Shown: positions 16,089 to 26,029, counted from the stretch's first letter. The stretch: DNA of 44,323 nucleotides from an uncultured Acinetobacter sp. (GCA_946623365.1 CAMORE010000001.1:1-44323), one strand, 5' to 3'. Made by a program: numbers and translations. Notes: a model not told the origin generated them from the sequence alone.

Positions 16089-17687
16089 ATGGCGTTTACA
16101 ATAGTTACAAAACATGGAGAAAAAACATTCGCCGATAAAGAGTTAGTAAATATCTCATCCAATGTTAATGCAGATTACTGTATAGATTTAGGCTTTCAGT
16201 TTGTACTGACTGTTCAATGTGATACAAAAACCGGTAAGTGTGTTTTGTTAAATCAATTTAATAATAAGAAGTTTTTATTTAAAGGAAAAAACTTACCTCC
16301 GCAGCTTGAGATTGAAAAAATTTGTAAAATTATGGTCGATGGAAGCGACGAATTTATTACAATAAAAGTTCTTAATGAAACTACAACAAGAAATATATCT
16401 GAAGAAGACTTATCAGAAAATGATATAAAATCTATTTATGGTGACGATGTAAATGCAGCTGCAAAAATAATGATAGAAAAAAGAAAAAACGAGATTGAGA
16501 GAGCCAGAGTCGGCATTATTAAAGAAGTAGGTGCAAGGATTAACGATTTAAAACGCAAAATCTCTCATAATTCTAAAGGCGGGATTTTTTTACATATAGC
16601 TTTATTTTTCGCATCATTAGTTTGTGCCTTCGGTGTATCAAATTATTTAACCGGCTTACCTCTGAAAGATGCCGGCGCGGTTATTCAAATGCCAACAAAT
16701 ATGAAGTTGATTTTTGTATATACAGCGATAATCTACGGAGTTGGTTTAATTCTTAAACAAGGTGTTTATAATTATCTGCAAAACAGATTAGGCAACGATT
16801 CTACCACTTCAAAACTTGCAGAAGGTGTGATGGTAATCTCTTCGTTGATATTTTACGCAGCAATATATTTAATTAACGTTCTTTATTACATAGCTCCTAA
16901 AACGTTTCCAATGTTTGCTGTTTTAATATCTTTATTCTTTGTGGGAACAGCAGCAACACTTGCAATTGCTTGCGGATATTATAAAAATTCAAGTGTAGAA
17001 TTAAAAAGTGAATTGAATACCATTGAATACAGAGAAGATTTTGAACATGTTATTAAAGAATATCAGCAATGGATTGAAAGATATACAAATACTTTAAGTC
17101 CTGCAAAAATCAGAAATATTAAAGACAAACAATTTATGCTTCAAATAAAATCATTCGGAGAAATTGTTTTAGGATTTATTACAGCACCATTTTTGGCATA
17201 CGGTGTTTCAAATACTCTTGCGATGTGTTTTCCTGAAGCAGCAGGCTGGGTGAGAATTTCCGGTTTAAGACTAAGTCCTGTATTTTTAGTCCTTGCAACT
17301 TTTTTGATTATATTTGCATTTTTTGCATTCGCTAATGCATTTTTAAACAGCAAAAAAATAGCAGGTTCTAACGTATTAAAACAAGACGGTTTTAGTAATT
17401 ATCTTCAGCATGGAGTAGAAATATACGGAATTGAGGGTGTAAACAGACTAAACAGAGAAATGCGCCGTTCATTCCTTATAGGATGCATTATTATCGGTAT
17501 TGAATTTACAATGAATGCTTCATACTTTATGGGAGAAATGGGCGGTGACTTAGGCGGAATGCTATTGAGCGGGCTTGCTGCACTTGTCCCTACAGCTCTT
17601 TTAATAGCAGAAACATTTATGTTAAGTTCTACACAATTTGAATCATTTGCGTGTGATGAATTAGTGGCTAAAATTGACAGAGTATAA
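16089..17687 (+). CDS. Hypothetical polytopic membrane protein (about 8 TM) with a beta-rich, possibly FHA-like N-terminal domain
   Basis: AGGAG RBS; two blocks of about 4 hydrophobic helices; repeated A[FY]GVSN motif. Confidence 0.7.
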   Translation: MAFTIVTKHGEKTFADKELVNISSNVNADYCIDLGFQFVLTVQCDTKTGKCVLLNQFNNKKFLFKGKNLPPQLEIEKICKIMVDGSDEFITIKVLNETTTRNISEEDLSENDIKSIYGDDVNAAAKIMIEKRKNEIERARVGIIKEVGARINDLKRKISHNSKGGIFLHIALFFASLVCAFGVSNYLTGLPLKDAGAVIQMPTNMKLIFVYTAIIYGVGLILKQGVYNYLQNRLGNDSTTSKLAEGVMVISSLIFYAAIYLINVLYYIAPKTFPMFAVLISLFFVGTAATLAIACGYYKNSSVELKSELNTIEYREDFEHVIKEYQQWIERYTNTLSPAKIRNIKDKQFMLQIKSFGEIVLGFITAPFLAYGVSNTLAMCFPEAAGWVRISGLRLSPVFLVLATFLIIFAFFAFANAFLNSKKIAGSNVLKQDGFSNYLQHGVEIYGIEGVNRLNREMRRSFLIGCIIIGIEFTMNASYFMGEMGGDLGGMLLSGLAALVPTALLIAETFMLSSTQFESFACDELVAKIDRV

Positions 17688-17761
17688 AAACTTTAATAGT
17701 ATTTTTATAACTCTGCACTTAATTGAACAGAACTTTCTTTGATTTCATGGCGGATTAAAAT

Positions 17762-18571
17762 ATGAAACTATTTTTACAAATATTATTAATACTAACAATT
17801 GTTTTAACAATATCTATATGCGTAATTCAGCCTGATTTGCATAAAAATGTTATTGTATATGATTCCGCATATAAACTTGTTTCAGAAGAAGAAGTAAAAA
17901 CAGAAACAAAACAAGTTCCTGTCATGGAGATGCCAATTAAACCGATTGAAAAAACTATTATTGCAGAAAGAAAAACAGAACCGATTGTAACTACAAAAAA
18001 GATACAGGCAAATAAGACAAAAAAACAGTCAGTAAAAACTACATCTCAAAAAAACGTAAAACAAGCAGTAACACCAATTACAAAAACGGTAATAAAGCCT
18101 AATACAGTAAAAATACAAAAATCCGCAGAAACAGTAAAAACGGGTGAACCTAAACAAACTCATACACAACAAATAAAGGAAGAGAAAAGTATACCCGCCG
18201 TTAAAACTTTAACCCAACAAGAAGAAACGATTGCTTGGAACAAGTGGCGCTCGACTTTAACGAATCAAATTATGCAGGATACAAGGCTTCCTAACATTCC
18301 TAACGGAACCGTTTTTCAATTTTCTTTTACAGTAGATAAGTACGGCAAAATAACAAACGTACAAACAGGAGCAAATCCTGCAAATTATACACCATATGCA
18401 ATACAATATATCGCACCTGTTATAAGGTCATATCAAGGGAAATCAATACTGAACTTCCCTGAAGGAACTGCCAGAACTTTGACACAAGTTACGGGAAAAT
18501 GGAGAATCTCTAGTACGGAAAGGTATAGCACTCCTCAGGACTATAATGATTTGGAAAAAGTTTTAAAATAA
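17762..18571 (+). CDS. TonB/TolA-like protein (TM anchor, K/T/P-rich linker, TonB_C-like domain)
   Basis: Domain architecture plus FSFTVDKYGKITNV, which resembles the TonB C-terminal strand pattern. Confidence 0.55.
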   Translation: MKLFLQILLILTIVLTISICVIQPDLHKNVIVYDSAYKLVSEEEVKTETKQVPVMEMPIKPIEKTIIAERKTEPIVTTKKIQANKTKKQSVKTTSQKNVKQAVTPITKTVIKPNTVKIQKSAETVKTGEPKQTHTQQIKEEKSIPAVKTLTQQEETIAWNKWRSTLTNQIMQDTRLPNIPNGTVFQFSFTVDKYGKITNVQTGANPANYTPYAIQYIAPVIRSYQGKSILNFPEGTARTLTQVTGKWRISSTERYSTPQDYNDLEKVLK

Positions 18572-18606
18572 TATTATGTACACAGCAACGGATAATTAAC
18601 AAAACG

Positions 18607-19500
18607 ATGACAAAAGTTATTCTTACAGGCTTAGGCGCAGTCGGACTCACATATGCGGTAAAATTTAATAACAAATGTGATTTTTTTGTGTTGGTAAATA
18701 AAGAACGTTTACAGAAATATAAACTTAATAAGCCTATATTTAACGGAGAAGAACAAAATTTTAAATACATTCTTCCTGATGAAAAATTTGCAGCAGACTT
18801 AATTATAATAACAACAAAATCAAACGGACTAGATTCAGCAATATATAATATAAAGAATTTTGTAACAAAAAAAACTCGGATAATATCTTTGATTAACGGC
18901 ATATCATCTGAGGAAAAAATTCTTCACGCATATCCGGATGCAAAAGTTCTAAAATCATATTTTATCGGTCATAGCGCTGTTAGGAACGGCAACTCTGTTG
19001 AACAGGACGGAATCGGAGAAATTATTACAGAAAAAGATGATTTTATAGAAAAATTATTTACTGATTTGGGAATTAATTATTCAACTCCTGATGACATTGA
19101 TTATTCAATGTGGCTTAAATTTACATTTAATATTTTCTCTAACCAGGTATCCGCTATTATGAATATGAATTTCGGAGAACTTAAAAAGAACAAATCTTTT
19201 ATAAATTTTGCAAAAGAAATAGTAAGAGAAGTGCGGCAAATTGCAGAATACAGAGGAATAAAAAATTTAGAACATCTTGAAAGAGATGCAATTAAATCAT
19301 TAAACAAAATGTGTGATGAAGGAAAAACATCCATGCTTCAAGATATTTTAGCAAACAGAAAGACGGAAACGGATATTTTTTCAGGTGAAATAATTCGTCT
19401 TGGCAGACAATACGGGATTGAAACTCCATACAATAAAGTTTTATATGATTTAATTAAAATAAAGGAGGAAGCTAATGAACACAGCATTCATACCCGTTAG
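18607..19500 (+). CDS. panE: Ketopantoate reductase family protein (PanE/ApbA)
   Basis: GLGAVG, LINGI, WLKF..N, TSMLQD, TETD and TPYN motifs. Confidence 0.88.
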   Translation: MTKVILTGLGAVGLTYAVKFNNKCDFFVLVNKERLQKYKLNKPIFNGEEQNFKYILPDEKFAADLIIITTKSNGLDSAIYNIKNFVTKKTRIISLINGISSEEKILHAYPDAKVLKSYFIGHSAVRNGNSVEQDGIGEIITEKDDFIEKLFTDLGINYSTPDDIDYSMWLKFTFNIFSNQVSAIMNMNFGELKKNKSFINFAKEIVREVRQIAEYRGIKNLEHLERDAIKSLNKMCDEGKTSMLQDILANRKTETDIFSGEIIRLGRQYGIETPYNKVLYDLIKIKEEANEHSIHTR

Positions 19501-20152
19501 AGGCGGGAGTAAGTCAATTCCTTTAAAAAATATCAAAGAATTAAATGGTAAACCTCTTGTATACTGGACAGCTTTAGCTGCACAAGAAGCAAGTTGTATT
19601 AATAAAATCGTTATTGCCACAGACTCGGATATAATAAAAACAACCGTCCTAAATTTTGGATTTAATAAGTTAAAAGTATTTGACAGGAGCTTAGAGAACG
19701 CTTCCGACACTGCTTCCACTGAAAGCGTAATACTTGAATACATTGAAAAAATGAAGCCGCAGGACAACGACTTGTTATTTTTAATACAAGCAACATCACC
19801 ATTATTAAAATCAAAGCATATCGATGAAATGTATAAAGAATTTTGCAAAAATGATTCAGATTCAATGTTTAGCGCAGTAAGAGAAAAACAGTTTCACTGG
19901 ATAGAAAAAAACAACGGCATTGAACCTATAAATTATGATTATAAAAATCGTCCCAGAAGACAAGATTTTAATGGTATTTTGGCAGAAAACGGCGCATGTT
20001 ACATCAATTCCGTAAAAAACATAAAAGAAAACAAGTGTCGGCTTTCAGGGAAAATATCTGCATACGAGCTTCCTTCATTCACAGCCTATGAGATAGATGA
20101 ACCTGCCGATTGGATTATTGTTGAACAACTTATGAAGAATTTTTCAAATTAA
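19475..20152 (+). CDS. neuA: Acylneuraminate cytidylyltransferase (CMP-nonulosonate synthetase)
   Basis: PVRGGSKSIPLKN, QATSP, RPRRQD, ENGA and EID motifs; overlaps panE by 26 nt; GGAGG RBS. Confidence 0.9.
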   Translation: MNTAFIPVRGGSKSIPLKNIKELNGKPLVYWTALAAQEASCINKIVIATDSDIIKTTVLNFGFNKLKVFDRSLENASDTASTESVILEYIEKMKPQDNDLLFLIQATSPLLKSKHIDEMYKEFCKNDSDSMFSAVREKQFHWIEKNNGIEPINYDYKNRPRRQDFNGILAENGACYINSVKNIKENKCRLSGKISAYELPSFTAYEIDEPADWIIVEQLMKNFSN

Positions 20153-20207
20153 TTGTAACAGGAATAACATTTTTTTGATAAAATAGTAACCATATTAAAG
20201 GAGTATT

Positions 20208-20618
20208 GTGGCAGTATCGTATCCTAATCAATATAGAAATTATTGTTCTTTTGATGAACATGTATATAAAAGAGCTGAAAAAGGGGAACAGCAGCTTCCT
20301 GTAATCAAGGAAGAACTCAACCATCCAAAAAATGAAGAACAAGTAATTGAAGATTTGTTTGTCTTAAATTTAATGCTTGATAAAGGAGTAGAAAAATCTA
20401 AAATAGCGGATTTGTACCCTGAACTTTCCAAATATAACAACACAAAATCTCCAAACGTACAAACTTTTTTAGCGGGAATATACCGAAAAACAAAAATTCC
20501 TGATGCTTTCGGTCCTCTTGTAAAAATGCTCATACAAGACTCTGTTAATACGCATAAAGACACACATTTTGACCCGACAGAAGAAATAGGCGGCGCAATA
20601 TTGGATTATATTGCATAA
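20208..20618 (+). CDS. Hypothetical protein
   Basis: 136-aa ORF with a GTG start and AAGGAG RBS. Confidence 0.75.
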   Translation: MAVSYPNQYRNYCSFDEHVYKRAEKGEQQLPVIKEELNHPKNEEQVIEDLFVLNLMLDKGVEKSKIADLYPELSKYNNTKSPNVQTFLAGIYRKTKIPDAFGPLVKMLIQDSVNTHKDTHFDPTEEIGGAILDYIA

Positions 20619-20680
20619 CTAATCCTAAGACAAAATTCTAAAATTTTAATTATTTGTACTATAATAATATTGGAGAATTT

Positions 20681-21010
20681 ATGTCAAATATATTTGAAAT
20701 ATTTTTTATTATATCAGCTATAATACTTGCAATATCATTATTTATTGCAAATATATTATTCTCTAGGAATTGCAGAAATATTCTATCAAAATGTACTCCT
20801 ATTATTGCTATATTTCTAATAGTGTATTTTTTATCATGCTTATCAATGATAATTATTATTCCTCAAATTACACATAAATTTATAATGGTACTTTTTGCAG
20901 CATCTCCTTTTATAATAGGAAAATTTGTTACTTATAAAAAGTTAAAATACTATAGCATAATTCAAATATTATGTGTTATATTGAGTATAGTATTTGTATT
21001 AACGATTTAG
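20681..21010 (+). CDS. Hypothetical 4-TM membrane protein
   Basis: Four hydrophobic segments; ATG 20681 with a GGAG RBS. Confidence 0.7.
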   Translation: MSNIFEIFFIISAIILAISLFIANILFSRNCRNILSKCTPIIAIFLIVYFLSCLSMIIIIPQITHKFIMVLFAASPFIIGKFVTYKKLKYYSIIQILCVILSIVFVLTI

Positions 21011-21023
21011 GTTAACTCAAAAG

Positions 21024-21866
21024 ATGAGAAAAGCATTAACTAAGCTATTTGCATTCATATTAATTTTATCATTATGTCCGGAGCAAGTTTTAGCTAAACG
21101 CAATGTTAAAATGATTGCTGACGTGGATTCAAACTTTACAATTAAAAATCAAGATTTACCTGAAGAAATAAGCTTTAGAATATCTAAATCAAAAACAATC
21201 CCTAATGTTATATCAATACCGGAAGGCTCGTTGATAACATTGAAAATAATAAGAGCACAAAAAGAATTAAGATGGCATAAAAGCGGATTAATTCTATGCA
21301 AGATGGAAAGCTATACACCTGAGATTACTGATATACCGATAGATGTCTCCGATAAAGATATATATCTTTTGGTAAGAAAATATGAAGAAGTCGATAAAAA
21401 AGAAGCTGCTATATTAGCAACTGAAATAATTCTAACACAAGGAGCTGCTATATTTGCTCCGGGAGTCGATATCGGATACTTTTTTATAAAAGGAGCTATT
21501 CAAAGAAAAAAACACCCTAACTGGTTCAAAGCAGGTGTCCATAACGCATATGAGAATTCTATTTGCTGGTTTTGGCTAAAAGGGAAACAAATAGAATTAG
21601 ATGATGATGATCAAGTTCAAATAAAAGATATAAAAGCTGAAAAAGTTGACAAATTAATAACAAAAATTGATAAAAGGAATGCCAGATTTGAGCGGCAAGC
21701 AGCAAAAAGAATTGCAAAGCATGACAATAAAACTTTAAAACGCCAAATAAAAAATGAAGAAAAACTGGTTGATTGTTCTGTCGTTGAAGATGCTATAGAA
21801 AATGTTGTTGTAGACAGAAGTGTTCTTGCAGAAATTGTAAATACTAATTCTATCGACGAAAAATAA
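21024..21866 (+). CDS. Hypothetical exported protein
   Basis: 280-aa ORF with a signal-peptide-like N-terminus. Confidence 0.75.
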   Translation: MRKALTKLFAFILILSLCPEQVLAKRNVKMIADVDSNFTIKNQDLPEEISFRISKSKTIPNVISIPEGSLITLKIIRAQKELRWHKSGLILCKMESYTPEITDIPIDVSDKDIYLLVRKYEEVDKKEAAILATEIILTQGAAIFAPGVDIGYFFIKGAIQRKKHPNWFKAGVHNAYENSICWFWLKGKQIELDDDDQVQIKDIKAEKVDKLITKIDKRNARFERQAAKRIAKHDNKTLKRQIKNEEKLVDCSVVEDAIENVVVDRSVLAEIVNTNSIDEK

Positions 21867-21881
21867 AATCAATGTTATAAT
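21853..21881 (+). promoter_or_regulatory. Sigma-70-type promoter (extended -10)
   Basis: TCGACG-17 nt-TATAAT, with TGT directly before the -10. Confidence 0.5.
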
Positions 21882-21899
21882 ACAAAAAAGGATTAAAAT

Positions 21900-22334
21900 A
21901 TGAAAAAGATTATCTTACTATCACTTCTTTTGGTTCCGTTATTTGTTTTTGCGGAAGAGCAGACCTTTGTTGTCGAAGGTGTTGAGGAACCTCAATGGAA
22001 AGACTTTGCTCCTGTAGCTTATGTTGATGTTAAAGAGCCAAAAGGGCTTGTAAAATTTAATGATGTAATTGCATACTGGTACAAAAGAAAAGTCGAATTT
22101 GATAACGGAATAGAAAATTGCAGGGCTATTGAAAAAACAGAAGACCGAGTTGCTTGTTATCAGGATTTGAAAGTTAAACAATATCAAAAAAACAGTGATT
22201 ACAATGCCCGTATAGAAGCAATGGAAAGAGCAAGAATGAATCCGCAAGCTGTTCAAGATTCCACAATGAACATGTATCCTATAAACGGTTTATTAAATAA
22301 TTTTTCAAAATTTCAACCAAATGAACTGCAATAG
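21900..22334 (+). CDS. Hypothetical exported protein
   Basis: MKK signal peptide ending in VFA; one Cys pair; AAGGA RBS. Confidence 0.75.
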   Translation: MKKIILLSLLLVPLFVFAEEQTFVVEGVEEPQWKDFAPVAYVDVKEPKGLVKFNDVIAYWYKRKVEFDNGIENCRAIEKTEDRVACYQDLKVKQYQKNSDYNARIEAMERARMNPQAVQDSTMNMYPINGLLNNFSKFQPNELQ

Positions 22335-22355
22335 AAAATAATCATTATTTAATAA

Positions 22356-22940
22356 TTAAAGATAGAGTACATTGTCTTTTAAGTATTCTAAAACATGGTT
22401 TAGGGCAATTGAACGATGGGAAATAGTGTTTTTTTCTTCTTCCGAGAGTTCTGCCATTGTTCTTGTGCTGTTTTCTAATAAGAAAACCGGATCATATCCA
22501 AAACCGTTTGTTCCTCTGGTTTCTTCAATTATGCTTCCTCTGCAAACTCCTTGATATTTGTATTCTACGTTGCCATCAGGATTTATAAGCGTCATTGCAC
22601 AAGTAAAATTAGCTTTTCTATCCTTTATTCCGTTCATTTCTCTAAGAACTCTTTTTATTCTTAATTCCGGTGTTTCAGCATATCTTGCGGAAAAAATTCC
22701 GGGTTTTCCGTCCAATGCATCAATACAAAGACCTGAATCATCTGCCAAAACCCAGGATTTTGTAACATCCCACGCTGCTTTTGCTTTTATATATGAATTT
22801 TCTTCAAAAGTCTTTCCGTCTTCTACCGGATCAAAATCTTCCGGAGGGAGAATGAATTCAACCTGCAAACCTTTTGATTTTACTATATCATTTATTTCTT
22901 GTACTTTGTGTTTATTTGAAGAAGCTAATACTATTTTCAC
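22356..22940 (-). CDS. rdgB: Non-canonical purine NTP pyrophosphatase (Ham1/RdgB)
   Basis: ASSNKHKVQE, ADDSGL, PGIFSARYA, GFGYDPVF and SHR motifs. Confidence 0.96.
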   Translation of the reverse strand: MKIVLASSNKHKVQEINDIVKSKGLQVEFILPPEDFDPVEDGKTFEENSYIKAKAAWDVTKSWVLADDSGLCIDALDGKPGIFSARYAETPELRIKRVLREMNGIKDRKANFTCAMTLINPDGNVEYKYQGVCRGSIIEETRGTNGFGYDPVFLLENSTRTMAELSEEEKNTISHRSIALNHVLEYLKDNVLYL

Positions 22941-22957
22941 TTTTTACTCCTGTATTC

Positions 22958-23134
22958 TTAGTTTACAAAACATCTGACAGCATTTTTTTTATAACAATAA
23001 GGGCAAGACAAATAAAATCTGCACATAAAGTCCTGAAAATACTTTAAAGATACTATTGCCTTACCCCACCTATAATTATATGGACATGAGGCATGAAAAT
23101 CTCTAGCCCAATCGAATAGATTTGAATAATTCAT
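22958..23134 (-). CDS. Putative 58-aa Cys/aromatic-rich small protein (not in the ORF track)
   Basis: Translated by hand: MNYSNLFDWARDFHASCPYNYRWGKAIVSLKYFQDFMCRFYLSCPYCYKKNAVRCFVN. It ends 17 nt before rdgB; the RBS is weak or distant. Confidence 0.45.
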   Translation of the reverse strand: MNYSNLFDWARDFHASCPYNYRWGKAIVSLKYFQDFMCRFYLSCPYCYKKNAVRCFVN

Positions 23135-23234
23135 AGCTCATCATTATTTCCTAATCTCTATATTAGCATAAAGTTCAATGATTGTTTACTAAATAAAGAT
23201 TAACATAGTAAAGAATCCTCATCGCTCAAACCTT

Positions 23235-23274
23235 CCCCTCTCTAGTCAACTTTATTTAATTAACTAAAGAGGGG
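23235..23274 (-). repeat. Imperfect 15-bp inverted repeat
   Basis: CCCCTCTCTAGTCAA / TTAACTAAAGAGGGG. Both mismatches become G-U pairs on the minus strand. Confidence 0.65.
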
Positions 23275-23417
23275 TTTCTTTTGTCTATGATAAAATGTTT
23301 ACAAAAAAAATTATCAAATTCTCTGTTTAAAATCCTCAAACCTACTATTCTTTTACATTTTGTTTATGATAATATTAAAAAGTAATTAAGAGGGATTTTA
23401 TTATAAAAAGGAGAATT

Positions 23418-25904
23418 ATGAAAGAGGCTTATTTTCCACAAGAAATAGAAACCAAATGGCAAAAAATTTGGGAAGAGCAAAATACATTCCATACACCGGA
23501 TGATTCCGATAAACCAAAATACTATGCCTTATCGATGTTCCCGTATCCGTCAGGGAAATTGCACATGGGACACGTAAGGAACTATACAATTACGGATGTT
23601 ATAGCTAGATTCAAAAAAATGCAAGGTTATAATGTGCTTCATCCTATCGGATGGGATAGTTTTGGATTACCCGCTGAAAATGCCGCAATGAAGCATGGCG
23701 CTGATCCTGCAAAATGGACCGATGAAAACATTGCGTATATGACAAAACAGCTAAAAATGCTTGGACTTTCGTATGATTGGCAAAGAGAAGTTACAACTTG
23801 CAAGCCTGAATACTATAAATGGACTCAATGGCTGTTTTTACAATTATACAAAAAAGGACTTGCGTACAAAAAAGAAGCAGCCGTAAATTGGTGCGATAAA
23901 TGCGGAACAGTTCTTGCCAATGAACAAGTTATAGATGGTAAGTGCTGGAGATGCGATTCTGTTGTAGAAAAGAAATTCCTTTCACAATGGTTCTTCAAAA
24001 TTACGGATTATGCAGAACAATTATTGCAAGATTTAGAGAAGCTTCCCGGATGGGGAGATAATGTTAAAACAATGCAGGCAAACTGGATTGGCAAATCTCA
24101 TGGTGCAATATTCAGATTTAAAGTAAAAGAAATTGAAGGTCTGGAAGTTCCTGTTTACACGACAAGACCGGACACAGTCCATGGTATTACATATCTTGTA
24201 GTCGCTCCTGAATACAAAGATATAGAAAAATTAACAACACCTGAAAACAAGCAGGCAGTTGAAAATTATAGAGCAAATGCAAGAAAAATGACCGAGATAG
24301 AACGATTATCAACAGACAGGGTTAAAACAGGCGTCCCTCTTGGAACTCACTGTATAAATCCGTTTACAGGAGAAGAATTTCCTCTCTGGACGGCAGATTA
24401 TGCACTCGTAGAATACGGAACCGGTGCTGTAATGGCAGTTCCTACGCATGATACAAGAGATTTTGATTTTGCTAAAAAATATAATTTACCGATGAAGGTA
24501 GTAATTCAGGATCCTAAGAATCCTTCTGATTGCAAAGATGCAGCTTACATAGAAGAAGGTGTTTTAGTGAATTCAAATGAATTTAACGGTATGAAAAATA
24601 CGGAAGCTAAAAAAGCTATAACACAAAAAGCTGTAGATGAAGGTTTTGGAGAATTTAAAACTCAATACAGATTAAGAGACTGGTTAATTTCACGTCAAAG
24701 ATACTGGGGTGCACCGATTCCTATTGTATACTGTGATAAATGCGGTATCGTACCGGAAAAAGAAGAAAACCTTCCTGTAATGCTTCCTACGGATGTTGAT
24801 TTCTCTGTCGTCGGAAAATCTCCGATTACAACTTCCAAGACTTTTAAAGATACAACTTGCCCGATTTGCGGAGGGCATGCAACTCGTGAAATGGATACTA
24901 TGGATACTTTTGTATGCTCAAGCTGGTACTACTTAAGATATTCTGATGCAAGAAATAGCGATAAGTGTTTTGATAAGAATCTTGTAAACAAATGGCTTCC
25001 GGTTGATCAGTACGTAGGCGGGATAGAACATGCTATATTGCATTTGTTGTATTCAAGATTTTTCACAAAAGCTCTTAGAGATTGCGGTCTTTTAGATTTT
25101 GATGAACCGTTCAAAAATTTACTTACTCAAGGAATGGTTTTAAAAGACGGTTCAAAAATGTCAAAATCAAAAGGTAATACGGTAGACCCTGATGAAATAT
25201 TTGAAAATTACGGAGCAGATACAGCAAGATTATTTATACTATCTGATTCCCCGCCGGCTCGTGATTTCGACTGGTCTGATGCAGGAGTTGAAGGCTGTTA
25301 TAAGTTCTTAAATCGTGTATGGAGACTTGTAAGCGAAGGTAAAAACAAGGGAAATCTCTTACGTGACTATAGATTTATCTTACCGCTTACAAGAGAAAAT
25401 GATGATCTTGTAAGAACTGTTCATATAGCAATAAAAGGTATTACTAACGATATTTCTAATGATTTTCAATTCAATACAGTAATATCAAAATACAGAGAAC
25501 TTACAAATGCCATATATGATTGGCTTGGTAAAAAACGTGAACTTAACGGAGAAGATAAAAATGTATTTAGTTTTGCAGTAGAATCACTTGTAAAATTGAT
25601 GTCTCCGGTTACCGTTCATATGTCAGAGGAAATCTGGCATGAACTGGGTCATGAAGATTCAATCCATGATCAAAAATGGTGCGAATGGGATGAAAATCTT
25701 GCTAAAGCAAGTAAGATAACTTTAGTAGTACAAATTAACGGCAAAGTTAAAGATAAAGTGGAAGTTGATGAAGGACTTGGTGATGAGGAACTCAAACAGA
25801 CTGCTCTATCTACCGATAAAATTAAAGAACTTATCTCAGGGAAAGAAATTGTAAAAACAATTATTGTTCCTAAAAAGCTCGTTAATATAGTTGTTAAAGG
25901 TTAA
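23418..25904 (+). CDS. leuS: Leucine--tRNA ligase
   Basis: MFPYPSGKLHMGH, YGTGAVMAVP, RLRDWLISRQRYWG, GGIEHAILHLLY and KMSKS motifs. Confidence 0.99.
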   Translation: MKEAYFPQEIETKWQKIWEEQNTFHTPDDSDKPKYYALSMFPYPSGKLHMGHVRNYTITDVIARFKKMQGYNVLHPIGWDSFGLPAENAAMKHGADPAKWTDENIAYMTKQLKMLGLSYDWQREVTTCKPEYYKWTQWLFLQLYKKGLAYKKEAAVNWCDKCGTVLANEQVIDGKCWRCDSVVEKKFLSQWFFKITDYAEQLLQDLEKLPGWGDNVKTMQANWIGKSHGAIFRFKVKEIEGLEVPVYTTRPDTVHGITYLVVAPEYKDIEKLTTPENKQAVENYRANARKMTEIERLSTDRVKTGVPLGTHCINPFTGEEFPLWTADYALVEYGTGAVMAVPTHDTRDFDFAKKYNLPMKVVIQDPKNPSDCKDAAYIEEGVLVNSNEFNGMKNTEAKKAITQKAVDEGFGEFKTQYRLRDWLISRQRYWGAPIPIVYCDKCGIVPEKEENLPVMLPTDVDFSVVGKSPITTSKTFKDTTCPICGGHATREMDTMDTFVCSSWYYLRYSDARNSDKCFDKNLVNKWLPVDQYVGGIEHAILHLLYSRFFTKALRDCGLLDFDEPFKNLLTQGMVLKDGSKMSKSKGNTVDPDEIFENYGADTARLFILSDSPPARDFDWSDAGVEGCYKFLNRVWRLVSEGKNKGNLLRDYRFILPLTRENDDLVRTVHIAIKGITNDISNDFQFNTVISKYRELTNAIYDWLGKKRELNGEDKNVFSFAVESLVKLMSPVTVHMSEEIWHELGHEDSIHDQKWCEWDENLAKASKITLVVQINGKVKDKVEVDEGLGDEELKQTALSTDKIKELISGKEIVKTIIVPKKLVNIVVKG

Positions 25905-25912
25905 TATAATGT

Positions 25913-25943
25913 GGGCGCAGTAAATCTATGATTTACCGCGCCC
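25913..25943. terminator. GC-rich hairpin between convergent leuS and amidase genes (terminator or REP-like)
   Basis: GGGCGCAGTAAATC-TAT-GATTTACCGCGCCC; no strong U-tract follows. Confidence 0.55.
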
Positions 25944-26029
25944 TTCGTTACTATTTTTATTCGTAAGATTATATCCTGACAAGTATGTGATTGAGAGTGA
26001 ATTAAAACTGTTTTTTAGTCATCCTCTTT

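Noticed and set aside
23103-23144. 13-aa ORF MMSYELFKSIRLG as an attenuator leader peptide
   Set aside because: It has no enriched control codons and no clear terminator/antiterminator pair, and it overlaps the longer 58-aa frame. It could still be a translational-coupling ORF, since AGGAA lies just upstream.
23135-23417. T-box riboswitch upstream of leuS
   Set aside because: No GGTGGNACC T-box bulge sequence or specifier stem is visible on the plus strand.
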